Source: an uncultured bacterium
GTDB taxonomy: Bacteria; Auribacterota; Erginobacteria; Erginobacterales; Erginobacteraceae
Direction of reading: 5' to 3'
DNA length: 64,000 nucleotides
NCBI GenBank assembly: GCA_964587835.1
Contig: CAZPMN010000001.1
Location: 22,232-86,231 of the forward strand
Positions 46,558 to 58,900 of this stretch are shown here, piece after piece (within the stretch, counting starts at the first letter, position 1; each line of letters begins with the position of its first letter). The position numbers and the translations under genes are program-made. The notes beneath the pieces were generated by a model, which saw nothing but the letters and a program-made list of their open reading frames with translations, was not told the origin of the DNA and did not search any database.

Positions 46558-48819
46558 ATGCGGATAAAATGGTTGAGCTGCACCATCCCCCTGGCTGTCG
46601 CCCTGATCTTGCGGCTGATTTTCTTGGCCGAAATCAAGGGTACTCCGGAGTTCTCTCATCCCGGCCTGGACGCGGCCTACCATATCTACTGGGCCCGGGG
46701 TCTGGCCGAGGGGGACTGGACTGATTTCGAGGGAAGGGAGGACCCTCAGCTCTACCGCTTCCCCTATTACCGTCCGCCCGGCTACGCTTTCTTCCTCGCC
46801 CTGATCTTCAAGCTTTGCGGTGACGGTCCGGTCTGTCCCCGGCTCTTCCAGTTCGCCCTGGGACTGGGATCGGTCTGGATGGTGGGATGGCTGGCCCGGC
46901 GTTTCTTCGATCGCCGGACCGGATTACTGGCGGCCCTGGGGACGGCGGTTTATTGGATCTTCATCTACTATGAAGGAGAGCTGGTTGGGGTGGCCGGTTC
47001 GGTCTTTCTTATCCTCCTCTTCACCTGTCTCCTGGTTTGCGCCGCCACCCCCCGGAGTTTTACCACTTACCTGCCGGCAGGATTGGCGCTTGGTCTGCTC
47101 TCGCTCTTCCGCCCCAACGCCTTGCTGTTCATCCCCCCGGCCGCCCTCTGGGCTGCCTGGCCGGTCCGCCGCGTTTCGGAATCCCGGCGGCTGGGGACGG
47201 CGGCTGGGGGTCTCCTTTTCGGGGCGGCCATAGTGGTTCTTCCGGTGACCATCCGGAATTACGCGGTCTCCGGAGAGATAATCCCGATTGCGACCAACGC
47301 CGGGATCAGTTTCGGGGTGGCTAACAACGAGTTGAGCGACGGGACTACCCATTTCATCCCCGGAATCGGCAATATCGGCAGTCCTTTTGACTGGCCCCGG
47401 ATCGTCCGGAAGCTGGAAATCGCCCAGGGTCGTCCCCTCGGTCACGGAGAGGCCTCGAATTACCTCACCCGTCGGGCCCTGAGATACGCCCTCGAATCTC
47501 CGGGGCAATTCCTCCGGCTGACCGGCCGCAAGGCGCTTCTCTTCTGGGGTCCGAGGGAGATTCGGAATTTGAGAGAAGTTTATTACGCTCGAATTAACTC
47601 CCCCTTGCTGCGCCTCCTGCCCGGCAACTTTCCGCTGATTCTGGCCCTGGCGCTCCTGGGCGGGATAATGATCCTCGGATTTCCCGCGGCCAATCGCGGG
47701 TCGGGGGAGAGGAGGGGGGCCGCTCTGATCGTGCTCCTGGCTTTGGTGTATTTTCTCTCGATGCTACCCTTTGCCGCCGGTGCCCGCTACCGGGTTCCGG
47801 TGATTCCTTATCTGATCATCCTGTCGGCGTCGGCGGTCCGGAAGGCAGGCGCTCTCTTTGCGGCCCGGCGCTGGCTCCCCGCCCTGGGTGTCGTCGGCGC
47901 CGGGACGGCGCTTTACCTTCTCTGCTCGCTTAACCCCACCGGTTTTCAGCCCTCCTTGGAGAAGTGGCACTACGACCGAGGTCTGGCCCGGTTGGAGGCG
48001 GGGCAATGGGAGGAAGCAGTTTTGGAATTCGATCGAGCGATCGCCTTGGAATCTGGATACGCCTCGGCTTATGTCAATCGCGGGGTTGCCCTCCAGAAAG
48101 CTGGAAAGTTCGCTCTGGCGGCGGAATCATACCACCGGGCGCTCCAGCTGGAGCCCGCTTCTCTTCCCGCCTTGAAGAACCTGGCCGACCTTCTCCTGGA
48201 GGAGGGGAAGCCGGAAGAAGCCTTCTCCCTTTATCGCCGGGCTCTCTCCACCGGCCCGGAGCATTCCGCTATCGCCGTCGACCTGGCCCGGGCTCTGGCC
48301 GGAGAAGGGAAGACGGCGGAGGCGATCGGGGTTTACCTGGATATTCTCCGCGCACGCCCGGATAGCCCCTCGGCCCGGTTGGGACTGGGCAATCTGCTCC
48401 TGGAAGGGGGCGATACCCACGCCGCCCTTCAGGAGTACCGGGCGGCACTGAAGGTTAACCCGCATTCGGTGGTGGCCCGCTATAACCTGGCCAATGCCCT
48501 GATCGCGGAGGGTCGGATCGAGGAGGGGATCGCCGAGTACCGGGAGGTCCTCCGGCGGGAGCCCGGCCATCGTGATACTCACAATAACCTGGGAGCTCAG
48601 CTGGCCGCGCGGGGGGAACTGGATTCGGCTCTGAAGCAGTTCGAGGCCGCGATCGCCAGCGACCCCGGCGACCCGGCCGGATATTTCAACCGGGGGATAG
48701 TTCTGATCAGGCTCGGCCGGCCGGGGGAGGCGAGACGCGACCTGGAGAAGACCCTGGAGTTAAGCCCGGACTATGACCCGGCCCGCCGGGCCTTGCGGAT
48801 GGTGGAGGGGGGCAAATGA
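46558..48819 (+). CDS. GT-C (ArnT/PMT-like) membrane glycosyltransferase with C-terminal TPR array
   Basis: LDAAYH acidic loop, YYRPPGY, about 11 TMs, about 7 TPRs. Confidence 0.75.
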   Translation: MRIKWLSCTIPLAVALILRLIFLAEIKGTPEFSHPGLDAAYHIYWARGLAEGDWTDFEGREDPQLYRFPYYRPPGYAFFLALIFKLCGDGPVCPRLFQFALGLGSVWMVGWLARRFFDRRTGLLAALGTAVYWIFIYYEGELVGVAGSVFLILLFTCLLVCAATPRSFTTYLPAGLALGLLSLFRPNALLFIPPAALWAAWPVRRVSESRRLGTAAGGLLFGAAIVVLPVTIRNYAVSGEIIPIATNAGISFGVANNELSDGTTHFIPGIGNIGSPFDWPRIVRKLEIAQGRPLGHGEASNYLTRRALRYALESPGQFLRLTGRKALLFWGPREIRNLREVYYARINSPLLRLLPGNFPLILALALLGGIMILGFPAANRGSGERRGAALIVLLALVYFLSMLPFAAGARYRVPVIPYLIILSASAVRKAGALFAARRWLPALGVVGAGTALYLLCSLNPTGFQPSLEKWHYDRGLARLEAGQWEEAVLEFDRAIALESGYASAYVNRGVALQKAGKFALAAESYHRALQLEPASLPALKNLADLLLEEGKPEEAFSLYRRALSTGPEHSAIAVDLARALAGEGKTAEAIGVYLDILRARPDSPSARLGLGNLLLEGGDTHAALQEYRAALKVNPHSVVARYNLANALIAEGRIEEGIAEYREVLRREPGHRDTHNNLGAQLAARGELDSALKQFEAAIASDPGDPAGYFNRGIVLIRLGRPGEARRDLEKTLELSPDYDPARRALRMVEGGK

Positions 48820-50516
48820 GGAAACTATTTTTCTATCCCGCCCTGCTGATTACGGCGGCGGTCGTTCTGGTTTACCTGAATAGTTTCTCCGGCGATTTCG
48901 TCTTCGATGACGAGGCGGCGATCGTCCGCAACCCCCATCTCTCCCGGATCTGGCCGCCCCGGGCCGCGTTGGCCGCCCCGCCGGACAGCCCGCTGCGCGA
49001 CCGGCCGGTGGTCAGCTTTTCCTTCTCCCTGAACCGGGTCTTGACCGGGCCTTCCCCGGGCTCCTTCCACGCCGGCAACCTGCTGATCCACCTGGCGTCG
49101 GCACTGCTGCTCTTCGGCATTCTCCGGCGCACCTTTTCTTCCCCCCGTTTTCCCGAGCGCTACCGCCGAGCCGGCGACGCCCTGGCTCTTGCTGCCACCC
49201 TCATCTGGGCGGTGCACCCGCTCCAGACCCAGGCCGTCACCTACCTGACCCAGCGCTGCGAGTCCCTGATGGGGTTCTTCTTCCTGGGGACGCTCTATGC
49301 CTTCATCCGGTCGTCGGCCTCTCCCCGGCCCCGTTTCTGGTTCGTCCTTTCCGTCATTAGCTGCGGGCTGGGGATGGGGTCTAAGGCAGTGATGGTCACC
49401 GCACCCCCGTTAGTCCTCTTTTATGATCGGGTCTTTGTCGCCTCCGGCTGGAGGCAACTCTGGAGGAGACGCCACTGGTATTACCTTGGCCTTTTTCTCA
49501 CCCTGACCGTCCAGGCGGCCTTGCTCCTGACCACCTCCTACGAGGATATCAAGACTCATCATCCCCTGGAATACGGTCTGAGCCAGTTCGGGGTGATCGC
49601 TCATTACCTCCGCCTGGCCTTGCTTCCCCACCCGCTCTGCCTCGACTATCACTGGTTGCCGGCCAGGGGTGCGGGGGAGATCTGGGCCGGGATGTTGCTC
49701 ATCCTCGGTCTGCTGGTTCTCATCGTCTTCGCCTGGCGAAAATTTCCCCCGCTCGGTTTTGCCGGACTCTGGTTCTTCCTCATCCTTGCTCCCACCTCGT
49801 CCGTCCTCCCGCTGGAAGACCTTGCCTTCGAGCACCGGATGTACCTGCCCCTGGCCGCCCTCGCCATCCTCGGGGTCGCGGGGGGCTTCGAGTTGCTCCG
49901 GCGGCTTGGGCCCCGCTCACCCGGGTTCCGAAATTTCTGGGGGGGCTTCTTCGTCCTGCTCGTCGTAATCCTGCTCGGCGGTCTGACCGTGATGCGCAAT
50001 CGGGATTATCATACGGCGGAGGGGATGTGGGAGAAAGTGCTCGAGCTCCGGCCGCATAATCCCCGGGCTTATAACAGCCTGGGAAATATCGTCCTCAAGG
50101 CCGGAGATCCATCCCGGGCGGAGAGACTCTATCGCCGGGCGATCGCCGTCTCTCCCCATTACCAGGCGGCCAATTACAATCTGGCCAACCTTCTGGCCGG
50201 GAAGGGGGAGACGGAGACGGCGATCGCGTATTACCGCCGGACCCTGGAGATCAACCCCGCCGCGGTGGAGGTTCACAACAACCTGGGGATAGCCCTCTAC
50301 TCGATTGGTAAGGTCGAGCAGGCCCGCGGCCATTTCCGGACCGCCCTGGATATCGACCCCCGGGATCCCGCCGCCCACTACAATCTGGGGCTGCTCCTGC
50401 TCAATGAAGGGGATCCCCGCGCCGCCCTGTCTTACCTGGAGCGGGCCCAAGAACTCCGTCCCGATCACCCCCCCATCTTTCAGGCGCTGGCGGAGACGCG
50501 CCGGCGCCTCAGGTAA
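48816..50516 (+). CDS. TMTC-like GT-C glycosyltransferase with TPRs
   Basis: DFVFDDEAAIVRN, RPVVSFSF, AVHPLQTQAV..QRCE, AFEHRMYLP, TPRs; ATGA overlap. Confidence 0.8.
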   Translation: MRKLFFYPALLITAAVVLVYLNSFSGDFVFDDEAAIVRNPHLSRIWPPRAALAAPPDSPLRDRPVVSFSFSLNRVLTGPSPGSFHAGNLLIHLASALLLFGILRRTFSSPRFPERYRRAGDALALAATLIWAVHPLQTQAVTYLTQRCESLMGFFFLGTLYAFIRSSASPRPRFWFVLSVISCGLGMGSKAVMVTAPPLVLFYDRVFVASGWRQLWRRRHWYYLGLFLTLTVQAALLLTTSYEDIKTHHPLEYGLSQFGVIAHYLRLALLPHPLCLDYHWLPARGAGEIWAGMLLILGLLVLIVFAWRKFPPLGFAGLWFFLILAPTSSVLPLEDLAFEHRMYLPLAALAILGVAGGFELLRRLGPRSPGFRNFWGGFFVLLVVILLGGLTVMRNRDYHTAEGMWEKVLELRPHNPRAYNSLGNIVLKAGDPSRAERLYRRAIAVSPHYQAANYNLANLLAGKGETETAIAYYRRTLEINPAAVEVHNNLGIALYSIGKVEQARGHFRTALDIDPRDPAAHYNLGLLLLNEGDPRAALSYLERAQELRPDHPPIFQALAETRRRLR

Positions 50517-50544
50517 TCGCTGGCCCGAGGCTGGTGGCTTGAAC

Positions 50545-50573
50545 TTGACAGTGGGTTCGCCTGAAGCTATATT
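50545..50573 (+). promoter_or_regulatory. Sigma70 promoter
   Basis: TTGACA-17 nt-TATATT. Confidence 0.7.
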
Positions 50574-50648
50574 ACCAAGAACAGGTTCAAGCGAACCGCA
50601 AATATTCCCGGCGATAATATCAGGGGTGTTTTCCCGGGCAAACTAATT

Positions 50649-52469
50649 ATGTTCAGAATGTTCGTCATCCTGGCTCCGGCCCTGATCATCACGGCGCCCT
50701 CCCTGACCGCCGCTCCCTTTGATCTGAGGGCGGTGCTGGCCGACGCCCCCTTAAGCATCAACTCGGTGGCCGCGGACGAGAACCGGATCTACGGTGCCGG
50801 GGGTGACGGTACCCTCTATGCCTGGGCGAAATCCGACTTCTCCCTCCAGACGGAGCTCCCTCTTGCCGACACCTATCTCAACTCGGTCTCGGTCTCCAGT
50901 GGTTCGCTTCTGGCCGGATCATCCAACGGCCTGGTCTATCTGCTGGACCGTGTCTCTTTCTCACTGCAGACGGTCCTCGATCCGGCCGGGGGGCCGATCT
51001 ATTCGGTTTTCGCCGACGGCGATTTCGTTTACGCGGCCAGCGGCGACTCGGCCCTCTACATCTGGAACCGGGCTGTCCTCTCTTTCAACCGGGCGCTTGA
51101 TGATTGTGCCGATGTGCTCAACGCCGTCTATGCCGATGGGGATTACATTTACGGGGCCGGGGAGGACGGCTATCTCTATGTCTGGTCCCGATCCACCTTC
51201 TCCCTCCTCCACCGTCTGGAGGGGGAAGAAGGATTTTTGGGTGTCTTCGCCGACGGCGAGCACCTCTACGGGGCGAACAAGGACGGACGGGTTTACCTCT
51301 GGAGCCGGCCGGGGTTCGGATTCTTCTCTTACCTGGACGGACCCGGCGACTGGATGGCCTCGGTCTACAGCCGGGAGAGGTTTCTCTTCGGGGCCAACGA
51401 CGACGACACTGTCCGGGTCTGGAACCGGGCCGCCCTCTTCTTCATCGCTGATCTGCTCGGGCCGGCCGACTGGATGAACTCGGTCGCCGCCGATGAGACG
51501 TACATTTACGGTGCTGCGACCGACGGCAACGTCTATGTCTGGGAGCAGGGACCGCCGACCTCACCCACCCCGACACCTTCCCTGACTCCGGTTCCTACCG
51601 CCACCCCGAGCGCCACCCCTTCGCCGGAACCGACCGCCGAGCCCACCGCGGCCCCCACCTACGCTCCCACCCCGGATCCTCCCCGCAGCCCCACCCCGGT
51701 TCCGGTTCCTTCCTGGCTGGTCCTGGGAGGGAATGACTACGACGGGGACGGCACCGCCGACCGGGCGGTTTTCGACTCCAGCCGGGGCCGCTGGTCGATC
51801 GATTTGAGTTCGGGTTCGAGCCCGCTGGTGGAGTACTTCGGCCGCGCGGGAGATCTCCCCGTCCCCGGGGATTATCGGGGCGACGGGACTACCGCCCTGG
51901 GGGTCTACCGCCCCGCCACCGGTCTCTGGTCGGTCCGCGGGGTCAGCCGGTGGTATTTCGGCCGCCACGGAGATCTTCCGGTTCCCTCGGATTACACCGG
52001 CGACGGCCTGACCGACCTGGGGATCTTCCGGCCGTCCACCGGGTTGTGGGCGATCCGGGGGGTGACCCGGTTCTATTACGGCCGGACCGGCGACCTCCCG
52101 GTCCCCGGGCGATACTCCGGCGAGGGGACCGCCGTGCCGGCCGTCTTCCGTTCCGCCTCCGGACTCTGGGCGGCCCGGGGGTTGACCCGCCGTTACTACG
52201 GCCGCCCGGGCGACTTCCCGGCTCCCGCCGATTATAACGGCGACGGATCCGCCGACTTCGGGATCTACCGTTCCGCGGGCGGATTCTGGGCGGTCGCCGG
52301 CCTGACTCGGGCTTACTTCGGCACCGCGGGAGATTTCCCCCAGCCGGCGGATTATTCCGGTGGAGGAACGAGCGCGATCTCGATCTACCGTCCCACCAGC
52401 GGTCTGTGGGCGATCCGGGGCCAGACCCGGGCTTACTGGGGCGGACCCGGCTACACTCCCCTGCGCTAA
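50649..52469 (+). CDS. Secreted 7-bladed WD40-like propeller + Pro/Thr linker + six FG-GAP-like repeats
   Basis: Signal peptide; 7 repeats of about 40 aa (SV.AD..IYGA..DG.VYVW); PTPTP linker; 6 x DYxGDG..R..GLW..RG.TR.Y.G. Confidence 0.85.
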   Translation: MFRMFVILAPALIITAPSLTAAPFDLRAVLADAPLSINSVAADENRIYGAGGDGTLYAWAKSDFSLQTELPLADTYLNSVSVSSGSLLAGSSNGLVYLLDRVSFSLQTVLDPAGGPIYSVFADGDFVYAASGDSALYIWNRAVLSFNRALDDCADVLNAVYADGDYIYGAGEDGYLYVWSRSTFSLLHRLEGEEGFLGVFADGEHLYGANKDGRVYLWSRPGFGFFSYLDGPGDWMASVYSRERFLFGANDDDTVRVWNRAALFFIADLLGPADWMNSVAADETYIYGAATDGNVYVWEQGPPTSPTPTPSLTPVPTATPSATPSPEPTAEPTAAPTYAPTPDPPRSPTPVPVPSWLVLGGNDYDGDGTADRAVFDSSRGRWSIDLSSGSSPLVEYFGRAGDLPVPGDYRGDGTTALGVYRPATGLWSVRGVSRWYFGRHGDLPVPSDYTGDGLTDLGIFRPSTGLWAIRGVTRFYYGRTGDLPVPGRYSGEGTAVPAVFRSASGLWAARGLTRRYYGRPGDFPAPADYNGDGSADFGIYRSAGGFWAVAGLTRAYFGTAGDFPQPADYSGGGTSAISIYRPTSGLWAIRGQTRAYWGGPGYTPLR

Positions 52470-52556
52470 GTCCCGTTTTCCCAACGAATTACCGGGCCCG
52501 ACCCAGCTCGGGTTCCCTGTCCTGTTTGATCCTGCCCTTGCCTCCCGTGGTCTCGC

Positions 52557-52613
52557 AACCCGGCATATATTGCCTACTTATCGCCCAAGTAGGCAATATA
52601 TGCCGGGTTTTTC
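52557..52613. terminator. 23-bp perfect hairpin with T-tail
   Basis: AACCCGGCATATATTGCCTACTT-ATCGCCC-AAGTAGGCAATATATGCCGGGTT followed by TTT. Confidence 0.7.
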
Positions 52614-52910
52614 TCTATCAGCAAACACTTTCTCCTCCAGTTAGGAACAGACTGCCGTGCGCAGACAGTGCTTTGAGTTTCGAAGCCAGAAATTTTCGTG
52701 ATAGGAGGGGATATTCGCCGGATAAATGGGAGTAAAGCAGGAGGATTTTAAAAGCTGGCATGGTAATTGCTGATAATGTGGTCAAGAAGAAATTGTCCGA
52801 TCAAAAGCAATGGATCATCCGTTTTGGGAGAAGAGTTCTGAAGAAAAAAATCGTTCAATTTTCCGCATGGAAGGTGAGCGGGTATCCGAAATTAGCAGTC
52901 TAAGGATCTA

Positions 52911-55900
52911 ATGTTCAAACTGGAAAACAAATTGTTCGCGGTTATCTCGGCCGTAATGCTCCTGGGGTTGCTCCCGGCCGGTCCGGTCCAGGGTGGCAAC
53001 CCGGACGCCGGGTTGCGGATCGAGGTTCTGACCGCCTACAATTTCATCGTCGACTCCAATGTCGAGTCGCCCTCCACCTACGCCCCCCGGGCGGCTTACA
53101 TTGAGGCCAGGATCTGGAACGACGGTGCCACCGATCTGACCGACGTTACGGCTTACGTCGGGAATTACTCCGCCGGTACCCCGGGTGTCTATCCCTCCCG
53201 TTCCCACCCTGACCTGGTCGGACCGCTTCCCGGCGGGGAGTTCGCCCTCACCCACGAAGGGGGAACCCTGGGGACCGCCGACGCCACCAGGTACCTCGGC
53301 ACCATTCCCGCCGGGGACTATATCCCGGTCTACTGGCTGATCAGCTACCCCAACCTGGACGAGAACGGGGACTCGGTCACCGGAGGATCCAATCCCGACG
53401 ACGACCTCTACCTTTACTACGACATCTGGGCGGCCGCAGACGACGGGGGGGCCCCGCTGGAAGCCGACGTCACTCGGAAGGTGACGATGCGCAGCTGCAT
53501 CAGCGCGATGTCCAACAAGATCTTCCCCAACACCGCCAACAAGGTTCCCGAGGAGTACCAAGAGTTGCTGGAGAAGTACGCCCCGGAGTGGAACTTCAAC
53601 CCGGAGGACGGATCGACCGGGACCAAGATCAGGACCGAGGGGGTCTGGTACGATCTGGGCAACGTCACCGGGGGTTTTGACAACGACGGCGACCTGGTCC
53701 CCGACCAGAATGCCTGGCTGCAGCCGGTCGGCGACGCCAACCAGTTCGATGCCGGGGCCTTTCGGTTGGCCAAGACCTACGCCCTGATCATTGTCAAGCT
53801 CAAGAGCGGGGGCGAACTGGTGATCGAGGCCGAGGACCAGCTCTACTTCCCCAACCTCCCCGACAACAACGGGGTGGTCGGCCTGGTCCGCTACGATTTT
53901 CAGGTCCTCCAGCAGGGAGCCTCCTCGCAGATGACACCCTACCAGATGGCGGCCTCGGGGAATGACAACGAGAAGTTCAACGGGGATTACGGGGCCGCCC
54001 TGGGGGAGGGTTTGGTCTCGGAACCCTCCCAGCTCACCCTGGAGAAGAGCGGTGCCGCGGCTGCCGCCCCGGGCGAGGAAATCGAATACAGCATAGCCTT
54101 CGAGAACACCGGCGCCGTAACCGTGGGAGATCCTTTGACCGGGGGTCCGCTGGTCATTCAGGATTCGATCCCTGAGGGCGCGGTTTACGTGGCCTTCTCC
54201 GCCGCCACCGACAACACCCTCCCGGATGGGGTCTCGTCCTACACGATCCTCTACTCGACCGACGGAACCGCTTGGCTGGATGGGGAGCCGTCCCCCGCCA
54301 GCGCGGTGACGGATATCCAGTGGTGGTTGAGCGACGCTCTAAACCCGTCGGCGGGCGGAACCGTCACCTTCTCGGTCGAGGTGGACGACCCGGCGTTCGG
54401 CCCGCTGGTGACCAACTCCGCGGGCTTGAGTTTTGGCGGGACCGCGGCCTTTATGAACGACACCGCTTTGACCCTGATCTCGGGAAACAACCGGCTCGGG
54501 GACACGGTTTTCCAGGACGACGGGGCCGGATTCGATTACGCCAACTGGGTTCGGGATACCGGTGAGGACGGGATTGAGGGGGTGGTTGTCACCCTTTACT
54601 ACGATACCAATGGGGATGAAGCCGTCGACTCCTCTGACTTCGTGATCGGGACGGAGGTCACCGACAGCTCCGGCTGGTACGAGTTCAGCGACCTCTTTGA
54701 CGGTGACTACCTGGCGGTAGTGAGCGCTTCCGACCCCAATCTGCCCGAGGGCTACTCCCCGACCTCCCCGACGGTTCAGGCCGCCGACCTTGACTCGGCG
54801 ATGACCGACCCCAACCCGGTGGTTGACCTCGACGCCGACTTCGGCTTCGCTCCCGCCCTGGTCGTGGAGAAGTCCCTGGTCGGCTCCTCGCCGGTTTACG
54901 AAGGTGACGATTTCTCCTACCAGGTTACGGTGGCCAACAACCATCCCGGGACCGGGGGAGGGGGGAGCGGCTCGGTAACCGTCACCAGCTACGCCACCGC
55001 CCGCGACACCGCCAAAGACTCCGGGACCGACTGGGCCGACCAGAGCAATGCCCTGGGCGAACCGGACGACGTTGAGGCGGTCTGCACGGTCGGCAACAAC
55101 GTTGATTCGATGGGCGTGACCGGCTTCAGCGGCAGCGAGGTCGGGGAGATCACCCAGGCCCAGGTCCGGGTACTCACCCGCAGTGACAACCCCGACAACC
55201 ATAGTTTCTTTTTCTATGTCTATCTCTGGCTCCCGGGTGCCGCCTCCGGAATCGAGATCGGATCCTACGACGAGATCTCGCTGGTGGACGGCTGGGATGG
55301 TTATCTCAGCTTTGATGTCACCGCGGCGACAGACTGGACCTGGGATACCGTGGCCGCCTCCTCGATCCAGTTTTCGGCCCAGAAGTCGGGGGGACCGGGG
55401 GGGAACCTGATCTACGTCGACTCAGTGGATTTTCGGCTGACCTCGGACGTCGAGTATCCCCCGGTCACCGACTCCAACACCCTCTCCCCGGCCCCCCTCC
55501 AGGATATCTACGACGCCTCTCTGATGACCTTTGTCTCCGCCGACCCCGCCCCCTCGTCCTTCAGCGTGGAGAGCGGGGTGGGGACCATCGATTGGGACGA
55601 CCTCGGCCCGATTTACCCGGGCGGCGAGAGCGCGGTGACGGTATATTTCACCGCCCTGGAGCCGCCCGGCAACGACTTCACCACGATGACCAACACCGCC
55701 CTGGTCGAGTGGGCCACCTTCAGCAACGGGGTGGCGGCCAACGCCGGTTCCGACCAGGCCGTGGCCGACCTCTACTCGACCGGATCGATCGGAGATTTCG
55801 TCTGGCGCGACCTCGATGGGGACGGGGTTCAGGACGGGGGTGGCGAGACCGGGATCGCCTCCGTGACCGTGGAGCTGACCCCGCCGGCGGGCGTTGACCT

Positions 55901-58900
55901 CGGCAACGGGGACGGTCAGCCCATCACCACCGTCACCGGCAGCGACGGTTTCTACCTCTTTTCCGGGCTCCGGTCCACCGGCACCTACACCGTGGCCGTC
56001 CTCACCTCCACCCTGCCGGGGGGGACGGGGAGCAACACCTACGACGAGGACGACGGGACGGTCAGCCCGGACAGCCAGGCAGTCGTGGTGCTCGGTCTCG
56101 ACGGTGACGGTCCCGAAGACCACCTGACCGCCGATTTCGGTTACCGGGACCTGCAGGCCCTGATCACGGGGACGGCCTGGAACGACGTTGACCGGGACGG
56201 GGCGGCCGCGGCCGAGACCGGGGAGCCTCTCCTTTCCGGAGTGACGGTCGAACTTTACGACAGCGGGATGAGTCTGCTCGATACCACCACCGCCGCCGCC
56301 GACGGGACCTTCTCCTTCTTAAGCGACTTCAACGGCACCTACACCGTGAAGGTCATCACCGGCACCGGTCAGCTCTCCGGCGACTGGACCGCCTCCTACG
56401 ACTCCGACGGCCTGGCCACCCTCGACCTGGTCTCCGTCAGCGTTCCCGCCGGGGGGTTGGGGGAGGCCGATTTTAGCTACTACGAAACCGGCGATTACGA
56501 TATCGGGGACACCGTCTTCTACGACTGGAACGGCGACGGCGACCAGGATGTGGGCGAGGAGGGGATCCCCTCGGTCACCCTGCGCCTCTACCGTGACATC
56601 AGCGCCAACGGTATCTACGATGCCGGGACCGATCCCCTGGTGGCCGCGGATACCACCGATACCGACGGCAACTATCTCTTCGAATCCTTGCCGGCGGGGA
56701 ACTACGTGGTCAAGGTCGATCACGACTCCGCCGGCCTGCCCGACTCCTACAACCTCACCGCCGACCCCTCGGGGGCGGCCGACGGGGAGGGGTCCTCGAC
56801 CATCCTCGCCGCCGACGATCTCGACCAGGATTTCGGCTATCAGCCCACCGGGACCGGTTCGATCGGCGACACGGTCTGGCGCGACCTCGACGGCGATGGC
56901 CTCCAGTCGGGGTTCGGGGAGACCGGTATCCCCGACATCACCGTCACCCTCCAGGCGGACTTCAACGGCGACGGCACCTACGTCACCCTGGAGACCGCGG
57001 TCACCGACGCCTCGGGTCGGTACCTCTTCACCGATCTGCCCGACGGCGATTACCGGGTGGTCGTCGACACCTCGGACTCCGACCTTCCGGAGGACGCCTT
57101 CGGTTACGCCTGGTCACCGATCACCGCCGTGACCGATGACGTGACCATCTCCTCCGGCTCCACCGACCTGACCGCCGACTTTGGTTTCGCCCCGCTCGCC
57201 GCCGTCGGCGACACCATCTTCTGGGACGTCAACGAGAACGGGACCCAGGACGGCAATGAGGACGGGGTGGAGGGGGCCGTGATCGAACTTTATACCGACA
57301 CCGACGGGGACGGTTACTACAGCGCCGGGGACGTCCTCTTCTCCACCGCCACCACCGACGCGGATGGGATCTACCTCTTCTCCGGCCTGGCCGCGGATGA
57401 TTACGTGGTCTTTGTGGCCCAGACCGGGGTTCTGGCCGGAGCAATCCTCTCCGCCGACCCGGAGAACGACGGCCTGCCCTGTTCCGACCTCGAGGCGGTG
57501 GGTTGCGACGGTGAGACCGGGATCGACCTGGCCATCGGCCAGAACTTCATGGGCGCGGACTTTGGGTATCTCCCCTCAGGGGGGAGGCTGGGCGGGACGG
57601 TCTGGATCGACTTCGACGACGATGGGGTGGTGGACGAGGACGAGGTCGCGATCCCCTTCGTCCAGGTCGAGCTCTACAGCGGCGCGTCCCTGATTGCCAC
57701 GTCGACGACCGATGAGAACGGGGACTATCTCTTTTACGGACTGGCTGACGGGACCTATCAGGTGGTGGTCCGGACCGACCTGGACTTCCCCGATGGTATG
57801 ACCCAGACCGCCGATCCGGATGGAAGCCTGGACGATACGGCCCAGGACGTGGTTCTCTCCGGGGGGACGGTCACCACGATCGACGGCGCTTCCTGGACCG
57901 CCGGGGACCTGGAGATTAACTTCGGCTACCGCTTCGCCGGCGACAACACCCTCTCCGGCACCATCGGTCTCGACGGCGAGACCCCAGACGGCGTGCTCGG
58001 TTCCGGGACTTCCGGCGTGAACTCCGACGAGGTGGCTTTCGAGGGGGTGAAGGTTTACGCCTATCTCTGGCACGACTCCGACGAGGACGGGGTGATCGAT
58101 CCGGGAGAGGCCGAGATGCTCGCCAGCACCGAGACCGATTCCAGCGGGGATTACTCCTTCACCGGTTTAGCCGAGGGTGAAGAGGGGGACTACTACATCG
58201 TTTCGATGACTCCCCCGCTGGCCAGGCTCGAGTTGACCACCACCGTCTCCGACACCCCGGCCGTGATCCTGGAGGAGACGACCGACAGCCAGGGCTACAG
58301 CACCGGAGTCTACCAGGTCGTCCCCATCCCGCCGCTGGGGTCGACCACCAACCTCGACTTCGCCTTTGTCTCGGCGGCGGACTACGACTTCGGCGATCTT
58401 CCCGAGGAGTACGCCACCTCGCTCCCCAACGGGCCCCGCCACGCGGTCAAGGTTATCCCCGACCTCTACCTGGGATCCCAGGTCGATGTCGAGGGCAACG
58501 GGCTGCCCGACTCGGCCGCCGAGGGGGACGATCTGGACAACCTCGACGACGAGGATGGGGTCTCCCTGGTCGGGTTCTGGAACGAGGGGACCGGCGGCGG
58601 GGAGCTCGAGTTGACGGTGAGGGCGGGGTCGGGCTGGCTGGTCGCCTTCATCGACTTCGACGGCAACGGTACCCTGACCGGCTCCGGCGAGATGATCGCC
58701 AGCCAGTTTGTCTCCGAGACCGGAGGCGTCGCCTCCGACGGGGTTTACAGCCTCAGCCTCGACATCCCCGACGACAGCCTGGCCGATGATACCACCACTC
58801 TTTACGGCCGCTTCCGCCTCCTTTCCCGGGAACCACTCTTCCCGGAACTCTCCACCGGGGGGGAGGCGGATGACGGCGAGGTCGAGGACCACCTCTGGGT

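Noticed and set aside
52620-52910. c-di-GMP riboswitch upstream of the adhesin
   Set aside because: No GCAAA/GAAA tetraloop-receptor pattern found by eye
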